Of a stretch of DNA of 64,000 nt, positions 39,254 to 51,989 are shown in pieces (position 1 is the first letter of the stretch; each line of letters opens with the position of its first letter). Below the pieces are notes generated by a model. The model was not told where the DNA came from. It did not search any database and was given only the letters and a program-made list of their open reading frames with translations. Origin of the DNA: Magallana gigas (lineage: Eukaryota). The DNA is taken from assembly GCF_963853765.1 (NCBI RefSeq), contig NC_088858.1, positions 30,008,001 through 30,072,000 of the forward strand, written 5' to 3'. Both the position numbers and the translations under genes were made by a program.

Positions 39254-40077
39254 TGGAATATATGACTCATTTTCATTGTTAGCCAGTCAGTGAAATTCAG
39301 AGGATTTGTCATTCAACATTGTCATTGACTTTTAGTCATATTTCTCAGAACTCATCTAGTAAATAAAAAAAAATTCACATTTTACTTTATTCTACATGTG
39401 TCTCTGTATATATGTAATACAAAAATGCCTGGATTAAAACATATAAAAATTGGTTCATTGGTGATTTTTATTTTGAAATGTGGAAAAAACATGCTTAAAT
39501 CACGTTATCTATTTAACTGATAAGTTAGATATTAATAGTGCTGTATGCGGTCCTCTACATAGAAATTTAGCGACAGTTATTGTACTCAATTCTCCTAAAC
39601 AATTGAGTATATTTTGTTATTTATAAAAAGTTAGTGATGATTTTATATTTTGTGTTCACACCAATATTCAGGCAATTGTGCCTCCCGTGAATGTCACATT
39701 AATTTCACTTCACACAAATTTCAACTGAAATTCAGGTGATTTCACACATGAAAACACGTTAAATTCTTTTGCGTGAATTTCACCTGAGGTACAATTGGTT
39801 GCGTATATGAAATATAACAACAAGTTTCTGGTATCTGTGAAACACAGCATTTTAAAAGTCTTTATATGTACAACAACAAATGATTTCCTTGTATGATATG
39901 AAAATACCATTTTCAATTTCATTTTCTACTGTAGAAATTAAATTCTTGAGCTTTTTAAACAATGTATAAATGTCAGCAAGATCAACATTTTGATTGTCAA
40001 TTTTTATAGAATATATTCAACAATCAATACAACAACAGAGTTTAGCACTTTAAAATAGTAAGAACATCCCCTGCACT

Positions 40078-43000
40078 TTAGTCTGTCCAGATATAGTAGG
40101 GGTACACAGGCGAGAAGTAATGGTCCCCTCTCATGTCTTCTGGGTCGTCCTCCTCTTTTATGCACGCCCCTCCCAACCGAGATTCCATGTAGGTCAAGGA
40201 CACTAAAAATAATAATCTTATCAAAGAAACATCCATTTTTTTAAGCTAAATGTATCAAAGACACCATGGACTGACGCAATCTATTTTTCTCAAAATGAGA
40301 AAAACAATTATTTTATTGTCTTCATGTACAAAGATATAAGCACAAATTATCTGATTAAATGAATTGATTAATTAGCTGATTAAGTAGTGTATCTTGCCTG
40401 CATAGTGCTCAGAACTAGCTTGTGATGACGTGGACCGATGACCTCTTGACCTTGAATCATGACGTGGTGATTGGGGCACAGGTCGTATGGTCGATCTTAA
40501 GGGTACGGTTCCCACTATGATTTCTAGAGGTACATACATTTCAAAAGATGGGCCAATAGCATCCACTCGTAACTAAAAAAAAAAAAATCAAGAACAATTA
40601 AAACATTTATTAACAACAAACATAAAACGACTAATTATCTATAAAATTGGTGGTGGTGGTGGGGGGGGGGGGGTGACAAGCTTTCAGATTTTGGATATTA
40701 TTTCAAATGTTTGTGCGAGGATTTTCATTTTCAATGCAAATGTAAGAAAAATGCTTTGATTGGAAAGTTTGGGATACAACACTTCATATTCACACCGAAT
40801 ATTAATATTGTCAACTGTATTTGAAGAACAATTATTTTAAAAACACATTTACATTGTACATGTTTTTATGTACTGTTTACGCTAGCCAAATGTGATATTC
40901 TTCTCTTGTAGTTGTAATAGTTATAAGAAAAGTAGAAACCCCCCTCCACCTTAGCTCTCGGAGACCATATACGTGTACATTCATCAATATTTTTTTAACA
41001 TCGCAATATATTTTTAACATACAATATGATAAAGTGTTCGAGGATTCCGGTTTGCTGAATATTTAATGAGAATTACAAAATGACGTGGACCTGACCGCGA
41101 TCGGGAACTAGGCCAAAGACTGTATACTAGTATACAAGTCAGATTTATAACTGAAACAGATAAATGCAATAATTGTCTTTGGTATAAATGAGATTTTATC
41201 TTTCAGATACTTCCTTTCAGTTTTTTCCCCGACAATTCTTCAGAAGATGGATTGCTGTTCATAACGGGATGTAAACTGATCAATATAACGTTACTTCGCG
41301 CACTTTCGACCACTCTATATAAATAAATAATCCGCACTTTGAACGAAACGAAAAAAAAAAAAACATTCACAAAAACACCATTTCCATTTGAAAACAAATT
41401 GTTTTCTATATTGTGGTGTAAAACACAAATTACTTTTCCCTGCTGTACAACTTACAGCGTAATTATGAATGCTAAAAGACACAATACCGATCTTGCTCCC
41501 TCTGATGCTGGATCAGGTGTTAAATCATCTGTTACATAACATTTAAGCTCAACTGTTATATATGTACGCTTTTTCATGTTTTTTTGGAAACGTTAAGAAC
41601 AAATAAAGTAGTGTGTCAAAATTCAGGGAAAATTCATTAATTGATATTGGTAAATAAGCATAGAACCATTTTAACAAGAGCTTGGACTTTGGGTAGTTGT
41701 GTCCAACGGCAATGTGACGAAGGCCAGTCTATTTCATTGTTGGCCACTCAGCCATGGCTGTTTGAAATTAACAAGATTTTGTCTGGCTCTTGAGCTAAGA
41801 CTACGCAGTCTCTGCATATTTCACTCGAAACATGCATTATCTTTAAAACCTGTTTTGATGCAAGACAGAATAAGTTACATTCCATCGAAAGTCCAAGGTC
41901 TTGTTAAAATGTTCTATATGATATAGCATATACCTCAAGTTTATACTGGATGTCAATGATATTGCACCCAAACAGGAAGCTCGGGGGTAGAGCTGGCAGT
42001 GGGATGCCCTGTCCCGTCCACGTGCTGGTAGCACCCCGGGGCAGGGAGCCGTGAGATATCTTGTCTATCTGTGTACTTACAGTCCGGGATTCATCGCGAC
42101 TGTGAAAACTGGTCGTCTGCAAGAAATGGCGCTAACAATTAAAAAACTAATTTTTTTTTTAATATTCAGCTAAAAACAAATCACACAAACAATTTGTCAA
42201 GAATTACCATTTTCAGTGTAATGGACGCACTTGTTATTTTTCGCCTCGACAGATTTTCGATTTCTACCGCCACGGGAATGATGTCCCCTGGAACGTAGCC
42301 CCTCCTCGGGAGGGACAGCAGAGCGCTGATTGGACCGGATGTACAGCACAGACAACAGATGTTCTTGCTGAGCGTCATTCCTGCTGGTGCCTGCAACCGA
42401 AATCATGTTATGCTACAAAAAAGCTAATTGATGAGTTCACTCAAATATTTAACTATTTCGTTTAGAAAACTTACGTCTATTTGCGGGATGGTGTTCAAAT
42501 CCAGTGAACCAATTACAGAGAAGGCCGTTTTGGTTACATGGGTGAACCTTTTTGGTTTTTCGATCGTCGCTTTGACCGTGTACCTCACGTGACCGTATTC
42601 GCCTTCGAAAGAAGATGGGATGTTTTCTGGAAGCTGGAACTGAAAGGGGTAGCAGTATGTCCCTCGTAGCAACGTAATCTTAGGGGCATCGTTATCTGTA
42701 ATGATAAACTCACATCAAGAAATCACAGAAGTACCCATTCAAGTTTAGGTCAATTTCAAAGATCACAATTCATATCAAAGATCAAGCACTGATATTAAAC
42801 CATTTCACCTTCAGCTAGTGAATTAAATTAAATTTTTTTCCTTGTAATTTTGTATCAAGTTCTGAAATTATAGAAATGCCACTACGCTACCATTGTTTCC
42901 AAGAACCGTTGTAGTAAAGTCGAAATATTCCTCATGAGCCGAGTGGTGTCGAGCCGGGGTCCTTAGAGGGGCTGGCCCACGCATGCGTTGATCCGTCCAG

Positions 43001-44361
43001 TGAACGAATGCCTCGCCTTTGACGTGCAGTCGAATGCCTACATTTCATAGAAAATTTAAAACATTCGCATTACCGATAGAGATCTAAAACCAATTTCCAA
43101 ACTATCTATTTAATTCTAAAGGTTCTCTCTCATAGGAGAATAAACAAGATTGCTGCAGATAAAATTTTATTCAAAACTCACCAACAAAACGGAACGCATG
43201 TGTGCAACTGAAATCCCTATCGCTTTAACAATGATTTAATTGCATTCAATTTAGAATAATGTTCATTAGAATCATAGCAGACATTTTCTGAGTTTTGGGG
43301 CGATGTAGATATCTGCATTTGACATTTCGACATATGTTTTATTGCCTTACATATCTTCAAGGTCTACTATTATGTCAGGAGAGTATGGCTGTGTAAGTGG
43401 ATTATAATTCAATTTTGTTTCATAAAATTACCGACAAGTAAAGATTACGATCACTTGGGAAATTTCCCACACCGCTCATGTGTTCCCCATCTCCATCCTC
43501 TGTAAATTAGAAACCGTCGAGGAAAAAAATCAAATTAATTTACCATTCAGCTACGATTTATTAAATTGTAACCAGATCTACATGTACACTGTATAACTCT
43601 GGCTATAGTATGGCCATAGGGCAGACGTAAATTTATAAATGCAATGTTATAAATTATTTATAAATCCCATCATGTTAACCAACAAACTCCCAAGGGACGC
43701 TCATAAGAAGAGTAAGAAAAGCTGATCACTCTGTAGAGATCCCCAAAGACTCATTAAACTGGTCGGTCAATTAGAGACCTCTTCTTTCAGGCTGCGTCTT
43801 GGATAAAGGAGCTCGCGCTTTCGCCAAGATGGCAGCTAGAGTACAAAGTATACCGTTTGAAACGATATTGAATGAAATTGTGAAAGGCGTGAAAACACAT
43901 TTGCAAAAATAAACGGCATCATTAGGAGAGGCAAGATGAAGAAAACAGGAAGAATTGATGACTCTATCGTTTACTCCAGATGGCAATGAATCATTTGCGA
44001 TTGGTTCCCAATGAATGATAAAGCTACACATTTTTTATACACTTTTCTTTCGAATCATGTAAAACTTTAAACCCAATTACTAGTATATCAAAATTACATG
44101 TTTTTGAAACGGAAGCAATTTGGGGTTTTTTTTCTTCCAAAAAGAGGTAGACATTGATACCGATACCAATACGTAATAAAGCAAATTTAAAGTTACAACT
44201 TAACACAATTAGATAATAAAAATTTCGTATCAATGCTACTCACATTGCAGATTGATCGGTTTGTCAACATCAACATTGAGGTAACCCTTGACATCTTGTC
44301 CAGCGTAGTAAAGTGGTACTGGATTTCCGAAATTTATATAAAAACGGGCGAGTTTAGGCAT
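40078..44361 (-). CDS. Alpha-arrestin (arrestin domain-containing protein, ARRDC/TXNIP family), 383 aa
   Basis: Seven exons (44361-44244, 43037-42891, 42695-42475, 42390-42208, 42116-41934, 40572-40398, 40202-40078) sum to 1152 nt, in frame. Motifs: YYAGQDVKGYLNV, IRLHVKGEAFVHWTD, YPFQFQLPENIPSSFEGEYGHVRYTVKA, LPRRGYVPGDIIPVAVEIEN, IPLPALPPS..CNIIDIQY.L, PLEIIVGTVP. The paralogue cannot be assigned. Confidence 0.93.
41663..41914. mobile_element. TA-flanked MITE (GAACC..GGTTC family), in ARRDC intron 5, in the opposite orientation to the copies at 50.8-51.3 kb
   Basis: About 28-bp TIRs GAACCATTTTAACAAGAGCTTGGACTTT / AAAGTCCAAGGTCTTGTTAAAATGTTC with TA flanks. The body is the reverse complement of 50968-51215. 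Confidence 0.85.
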
Positions 44362-46530
44362 ACTTCATTGAAATGCTGCTTGTATTCCATCAATGTAAAC
44401 ACGAGCTGTGTGATGTTTCGCTCACTCCTGCTGCTGTTGTAAATTTGTCGGAGATAACAAACGATCTCTGAGAAAATTACAACCGTCTGCCAGATGAAGC
44501 ACGCGCATGGCCAAGTGATGGCAGACGACAGAACCGCCGGTAGCTTCAGCAGCCATATGTAACTTTTTTGAACTATCGTCCTACTTCTTTATTATTATAC
44601 ACCTACGAATGTAATAACTAATATACGTTGCCTGTTACGAAATTGCGTTCCAGAGACAACAATATTGGTGATTTTTTAAAAGTCTCGTGAACAAAATTTG
44701 AAATAGTATCCCAACATTGTGAGGTATTGCTCTCGCTTGTTTCCACAATAAAAGTTGCAGTATAAAATAGAATTATACTATGGGGTAAACTTCATCGAAG
44801 TAACACGTGTCAATGTCTCGTAAGTATTTTGTGTGAATGTTAATAATCGATTTGGCTAATCTGTTTGAACATCATTTTGAAGTACAACGCAATAATACAG
44901 GCGAACCTCCGTACCGCAAAAACTTGATAGTGAAACGACCTTTGCGTAGTTGATTTAATTTTTAATGCATTAGTAAGCAAAAAAGACCTTTGGCAGTTAT
45001 TGTTAATACAGATTTACAACATTGCAATCTAAAATAAAAAGTTTTATTAAAAATTCAATTACATGTATACACGTAAATATTTTTTTTTTAATGTTTATTG
45101 GAGTACTTCAAAAACATACTCTAAATGGTGTGTATCACTTCACTAATTAATTAAGATCGATATAAGTTTTGTTAAAGTTAACGTATACGATAGATTAAAA
45201 ATTGAAACGCCAAATAAAAGTAAGGAAAATTGCCAAAACCAATGACAACAGCAGGGGAAAAAAATCAATCAAGACGAATCCAAGAAAATGGTTAATTATA
45301 CATTTAGTCTCGATAAATAAAGGAGATTTCCAAGGATTGTCGGTTGCGAGAGGTTCCGTAGTAAAGTAGTCCTTCAGGATAGAACATTTATTAGAAGGTT
45401 TGGAAGAATAATGATTACTCTATGGAGTCTTAAAAGGGAATTGACATGAATTCAAGAATCGGGAGAGATTAATTTAGACGATTTTTTTCTGACCATTCCA
45501 TCGAGAAAATGTATGTTTATTTTGGTTTAGAAAAAATAGAAGAAGTCGTAAGAATAAATATTTATCTTTATTTAATTGGCTGAAAAACCTAACACAAAAC
45601 ATAGTGCAAATTCGAAAGACCCCATTGACGTCATTCAAACGTCTGCAACGAGTGTTTGCGTGGCTCTTTTGTCACGGTTGAGTGACTTCATGTTTTTCCA
45701 TATGGAAGAGATCGTTTCTTGGTGATGTTGATCATGTGAATGATTTGACAACGTACTTGCAATACTGATCGTGTCGTCTGTAAAAGAAGTCAGAATTCTT
45801 GTTATGTTTACATGTAACTTTCATATTCCTCACACCGTACAAATGATAAAAATAGAAGAAATATGTTTTGAAATAAAATGAATTATATTTAAAAGCACTT
45901 CTTGAAGCACTAATTGTCGTTTTAAAATGAACATTCTATTTTTAAAAATGTTCTTGTAATGTACATGTTTATCTTCGAAATTCTTAGTTGATTTCGTTAC
46001 CTTTTGTACTGACACAACACGACCCAGGATATGACTTGGAGAGGAAATGGACGCCCTCTGGTCCCTCCTCTTTGATTTCAGCTGATGGCACTACAGAAAC
46101 AAATGCACATCTGTACAAGTCTTTTGTATGTTATCTTCTGGTTGGTGGTTAGCACATTCGCCAATATAGTACATATGATATATGTGACATAATACTAAAT
46201 ATAGCATTTTTCTTTTCATTTCAGCCAACTTATAAAATATATACATGTATACAACAATAATCGTGCGATATAGAAAATAAGTCAATTTTAACCATTTTGT
46301 CTGAAACTACAATTGTACTAAAAATTGATATAATCTGAATAAGCTGATCAGCAGCAATTAATTTTGTAGTGAATTGCAGCTTTGAGAATAGTATCACATA
46401 GTTGCTAATGGCGAAATATGGCAAAAATGCTTAGAAAAAATATACCCGTATAGAACACTTTGAGTACATTTGTGTTAGGTTTATCTCTACAGAAGAGCAA
46501 ACCGTATGTTTGTTTCCCGTACCCCTTGAA

Positions 46531-49500
46531 TTACACCAAGTAACGCAGTTCATAAATACAGCAATTGGCAGTGCCATCGTTTCCCTCACCTCTCGCGTTC
46601 TTCTGTCTACCAGACGATGACCTGGTGGGCGGCCTGCCGTCCACAGAATCCAGCGACTCCTCGTGACAGCCCGTCATCGAGCCCGACGATTTGAACTTTG
46701 CACTGGTTGATCGTCTGCCTGGGGACAGCGGGGGAGTCGTCTGCAAGGACTTAGAACTTTGTCGGGAGAAATTGCTTTCAAATGTACTCCATTGTCCTCG
46801 TAATGATCTGGACCCATTCAACCCTGCAAAATGCATAGGTTTATTATATAAAAGATATGATGGAAATGAACTTTACTTTCCTTTCAATAAGTTTCTTTTT
46901 TAAAAAGTTACCATTTCTCGATTGGGTTCGGTTAACAGGTGTTGGAGGGGCAGATTCTGTCTGTATTGTATCGTCAACTGAAAGATAAACCGTATGTCAA
47001 TATATTTTGATGGATCTTAGGGAAAACATTCGAAATTGCCCAACGGCTTTGTTCTAAAATTATTAAAGAAGTCATGCTTAATTACCACTGATTGGCTTTT
47101 GGTTGGGAATGTTTAAGCAAACACATGTTTTATTTGGTGTTTGGAACCAACATTTACTGTCATTGTTGGCGTCATCGTTGCCTTCCAGAAGTGACGCAAT
47201 GGAATCGTTTAGCTTTGCACGGCGTGAGACCTCAAGGTCAATGACAGGCCATTCTTGCTTATATTCTCGGATGACATGTTCAACCTTTTGTTTGAAAATA
47301 TCGTCCTTTTTGTCAATTTTTTCATGATTTTGACCAAAAAAGTAATTTTTGGTAAAAATTATAGGCAGTAGTCCTAGTATTGCAAATATTATAAGATGAC
47401 CCCACCAAGGAAGACTAGGATGTGTAATTTTCACTAATAGAATGGCAAAAATAATGTAGACTGTCCACAGAAAGGACTTCATTGCTGCTTCATAGAAATG
47501 GTTAGAGAGGGACCCCGGACAAGCATTGTGGCTCATGTAGCAAGCCTGAAAAAAGAAACTCTTAGGGACGCAAGGTTCGCCATGGTCATCTACGAACTGA
47601 ACAAGATGGCGAGCTTTCCACTTCGGCATTCCATTTTTAGAGGTGAATACATGACAGGCGGCACACTTTCCACATCCTCTGCCTGGGATCACTTGGTAGC
47701 ATCGGTTAGCGTCCGGAGTCGTGTCATCCAGCAAGTTTCTGTTTATCAATGGTCGTGTGTGTCTCTCCAGTAGAAAATTCTGCAGTTCGGTGTTAAAGTG
47801 CTGAAAAGTTTGTTCGACTTGTTTAAAATACATGCTCACATACACGCAAACAAAAAATACAATCAGCAAATACTGTGCTAGGTGACGAATGTTGATTATC
47901 ATGCCGATTACAATGAAGGTTAAGGTGTCAACAAAGATAAATAGCAGATCAATAACGATCGGTAGTCCACAGATTATGAAGACCAACCAACCAAGGCAAA
48001 AACAACACCACGTCAAACGACCACACGAGGACCGCGGGAAATCGGTCTCTTCTGCAACAGCTCCATGGGAATCAAATGATGGCAGGTTCATCAGGTCTCT
48101 GATGCTTTTTTCACAGTTGTTTTTGGACTTTTCCTGCACGAGATCTTCCATGTCGCTTCGTTTGTCTTCATCGTTCGTTTCCTTCATGCACCTTACTATT
48201 TCTCTCGAAAATCGCCAAAGCAACTGTAGCAAAAGATTAACGAAAGATAGCTTACAGAAAAGAAGGAAAAAGAAAATGATGACTAAGGACGCTAGCTTAA
48301 CGATAATCCACACGAATACATTGACGGCGTTTACGTCGGTAAGAACGTTGCTGGTGAAGGATTGCAGGAGAAATGACGTTGCCCAACTGGTTCCGATGGT
48401 CGAGAAATGTTTCACATAGGCTAAACTTCGAACAAAAATCCACACAGTTCTCTTCCAGAAAGTATCATCGGTAGTTATTTTCATGATTATAAGCATCAAC
48501 AACGGTAAAAACCACAGTACCAAACACGTCTGGTATATGTTGTAAAAGCCGTATAGAAACGATACAGAAACCAGCTTTTGAGAGTAAAATGGCAAAGTCG
48601 TGGTGAAGTTGTAAAACTTTGCGGCTTCCAATTTATTCCGAATGAAACGTTCTTCGTTATTCCAGCATATTGTTATGACGATTATAGGTATCCAAAAGAC
48701 GAAAATAGTTGCAAAGACTTGCACCACGTTTCGTACAAGAGACTCCCACGAGATATTCTTTGAAATTTTGCGTTTGCAACAGCCGTGCAGAGATACATAT
48801 TCGCTGTCTTCAGAAGCTTCTAAATTTTCAAGCACCTTTTGTTTGCGTCCATGTACGTAGCATTTGCACTGAAATAGCCGACGGTAGAGAAAGGATAAAA
48901 ATCCAACGGGTGCCTTGTTTTTACACACCAGACGACTCGGGTCCACTTTAAACCAGACAGCTCTTAGTTTGTAGTTTTCAGTTTTACTCATTTCCATGGT
49001 TTCTAACACGGTGGAGAGTCTGTCCAGATTTTCTCCAAATTTAAGTCTATACTGAAACCCACAAAATTTATACTTTGTTCCCAACTCAACAGTTCTTAAT
49101 TTGGAAACGCTTGGCGGGGGCGAAAAACGTTTTGTTATTTCCATTTCTAATGGAGCTTTCATTGAAAATACAAATTCCTTAAAGCAATGGCGTTTTCTGT
49201 ACAAACTTTCGGGAACAAAACGTACGATAGAGACAACGAACAAAAGTTTTATCACGAAAACAACAATGAAAAAAATGACTACCAATCGTTCACTCTTAAT
49301 TTCCTCACAATATACACTCCCATGTTCGTTTAATTTGCAGCAACTTAATATTTGAATGGTCTTTCCTGTTATATTTTTTAATTCTTCAGAACATAGAGAA
49401 TATGATCTCGAAACATGTGCATATACGTCCTCCAATAAAATTTGTCTCACCCTTGTGCGAAAAACACTTTCTCGAAAGTCTCCAAGGCAGTTATTCGGAT

Positions 49501-49858
49501 TTTCCGAAATCGAAACAACATTTGTGTGGAAGTAGGCGGACAACGCCCATCTGGCCATAGGATTCCAAGTGTAAACAGAGAAGAAAATGTTGTGTGTGTT
49601 GTCATCCCGGACTATCATCCAATCGGTTGTGCTGTTGGTCAGTTCATTACGATGCACCATAACCTTTATCCCCTCAACATCACCACCCTCCAACAACTGA
49701 AGCGAGTTCGATGTAAATCCTTGTAGCATCTTCGATGTACAAGGGATATCTGGTGCAATATCACCGACACTCGCATTTGCTTTAGAATCTGAAATAACAA
49801 TTTCAGACCACGAAATCAACACGCTCAGCATCAGAAAACTCGAAATTGTATATGCCAT
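46531..49858 (-). CDS. Uncharacterised signal-peptide-bearing multi-pass membrane protein, ~997 aa, two coding exons (49858-47158 and 46823-46531)
   Basis: A 2.8-kb uninterrupted ORF has a hydrophobic N-terminus from MAYTISSF, a Cys-containing ectodomain and about 9-11 hydrophobic segments. A donor (GACA|GTAAAT at 47157) and an acceptor (TTTTGCAG|GG at 46824) are both phase 1 and join the 101-aa ORF at 46531-46836 in frame. I recognise no known domain. Confidence 0.85.
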
Positions 49859-50823
49859 TTTCTTCTTATCTTCTCTGTTAATATTGCTTATTGTAAAATC
49901 CCACACACTACGCAAATTTGTGGAAATGCACCCTGCATTTCACCTGCAAAAATCTAATTTAACATGTCTTAAGTCTTAATCAAGTATATAGCAGTGTCGT
50001 TGACAGAAGGTAAATTAATACCCAGATAATCTTTCACGAATTACACAAGAAGTGCAATCAAGCGAGGCATTGATTGACTGTTCTTGTAGTTTAAAAGTAA
50101 ACCTTTTATCTTAGACTGAACGGCAAATAATCATATCAAAGCACACACAAACAATACACAATGCCTCAATAATAGCTACATGGTTGATAATAAAGGGGGG
50201 TTTAAATCTACATGAAATATTTACAATAGTAAAGTCTTGTACACAAGTGCTTTGTACTGCATTGGTCCTGGATTGAATGAACATTTCACATTTTCACTTT
50301 GCACGGCTTTTGGGGATTTTTTTGAATTTTTGTTTTTATTCATTCTAGATTCATAGTGTTTTATCATATATATTATGTGTTGTTTGTGACAAAATTATAA
50401 TTCAGACTGATAAATAATAATACATGATCAAACACATAATAAAAATCAGTTCTTTGGCAATGATAGGTCCGTAGCAGTCATGATGGCGGTGTAAAGGGTG
50501 TGGGGGGGGGGGGGGGGGGGGGAGAGGGGGTGAACCGTTGGACTTCTAATTTTTCGAAACATCTACAACCTAACCGTACAAACGTAAACTGATTTACAGT
50601 ATATCATAAAAAATAATTCTTTAAACTTTTTTTTTCAATTGATAAATCTTAATCTAAGGAGGATAAAAGTATTGAATTTGATTAAAGATTTAAGAAACAG
50701 ATTTATAACTACCCATCCCATCGTTGGAACCCACGGTTATTCTATCCTTAACACTGCTTTCAACAAATGGGTTGAAGCAGTGTATGAAACCCGTGGATTC
50801 CGACGATAGGATGAGAGCAGTTA

Positions 50824-51322
50824 GAACCGTTTTAACCAGACCTTGGACTTTCGGTAGGATGTAACTATCTTTTCCTTGCGTCAAAACAAGTTAAATATGA
50901 CGCTGGTTTCAAGTGAAATATGCACCGATTTTGTATTCTTAGCTCAAAAGCCAGACAAATCACGTTAGAACCATTTTAACAAGACCTTGGACTTTCGGTT
51001 GGACGTAGTTATCTATTTCTTGCGTCAAAACAAGTTAAAAGTGACGCGGTTTCAAGCGAAATATGCACCGATTGCGTAGTTTTAGCCCAAAGCCAGACAA
51101 ATCCTGTTGATTTTAAAGAGCAATGGCTGAGTGGCCAGCAATGAAATAGACAGGCCTACGTCACATTGCTGTTTAAAAAAACTACCCAAAGTCCAAGCTC
51201 TTGTTAAAATGGTTCTAATTTTAAAGAGCCATTGCTGAATGCCCAGCAATGAATAGACAGGCCTACGTCACAATGCTGTTTGACACAACTACCCAAAGTC
51301 CAAGCTCCTGTTAAAACGGTTC
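50824..51322. mobile_element. Nested MITE pair: complete copy 50968-51215 inserted into another copy of the same family (50824-50967 plus 51218-51322)
   Basis: Both copies have GAACC(A/G)TTTTAAC..TTGGACTTT TIRs and TA flanks. Removing the inner copy plus one TA restores the outer copy colinear with the inner one. Confidence 0.9.
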
Positions 51323-51989
51323 TATTCATTTCATTACTTTTTAAATCTCATGTTTAAAGAAAATAAATTGAGTCACATATTTTTGCCAGTGCCTTTCAAA
51401 CTCAGGGAAACTGGAGATTTTTTAACAAATACATATGTAATATTTTTTCAACACATACATGTAATCTGAATATTTATTGATATTTTCTAGTGTACTGTCA
51501 TGTAACGCAGTGACGAATTTAGAGGGGCACCCCTAAAATTGCCAAAATAAAGTTAAATCATACTCCATCTGGCAAAAAAATTAACAACTACATGTAGTTA
51601 TCAGTTTGTGAAAACTTATGGGATTTCTCTACATTAGACTGATTTCAACTGTATAGTATGAAGAAAACCTGTTGGTTCATTAGCGAAACGTATAGAAAAT
51701 CTATATTAGTAAAACGCTTTCCGTGGGTTCAAAAGTGACCATGCATGCAGTTAACCAATTTTGAGTAATTGGTTAAACTAGCTTATGTTTCTAACGACTC
51801 TTCCGTGTTTAGTACACGATGGCATGATTATCTTCTTTTAAAACCTCGGTAAAAATATCCCACTGATCTTGAGTTTTAAACCGATTATACATATTTATTA
51901 CCTAATCAAAGGGATTTTGTTGTTTTATTACAGATTAAATATTTTCGTCTATTTTGTATGTGTATTCAGGTTTGAAAGTGATCTATTGA

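Noticed and set aside
43771-44031. 86-aa minus-strand ORF in arrestin intron 1
   Set aside because: It has no recognisable motif and is not needed for the complete 383-aa model. It could be an alternative first exon, but I cannot support that.
44804-44822. Possible ChoRE (TXNIP/ARRDC4-type MondoA site) upstream of the arrestin gene
   Set aside because: CACGTG is present, but the second half-site is degenerate and spaced 7 nt rather than 5.
47103-49726. Several plus-strand ORFs (74-176 aa) opposite the 945-aa ORF
   Set aside because: They are antisense shadows of a long coding exon, with no splice or protein-family support.
50495-50530. Long poly-G tracts (also about 16240, 40660, 53710, 53800) as functional G-quadruplexes
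   Set aside because: They are homopolymer runs typical of MITE interiors and prone to sequencing length error, with no further support.
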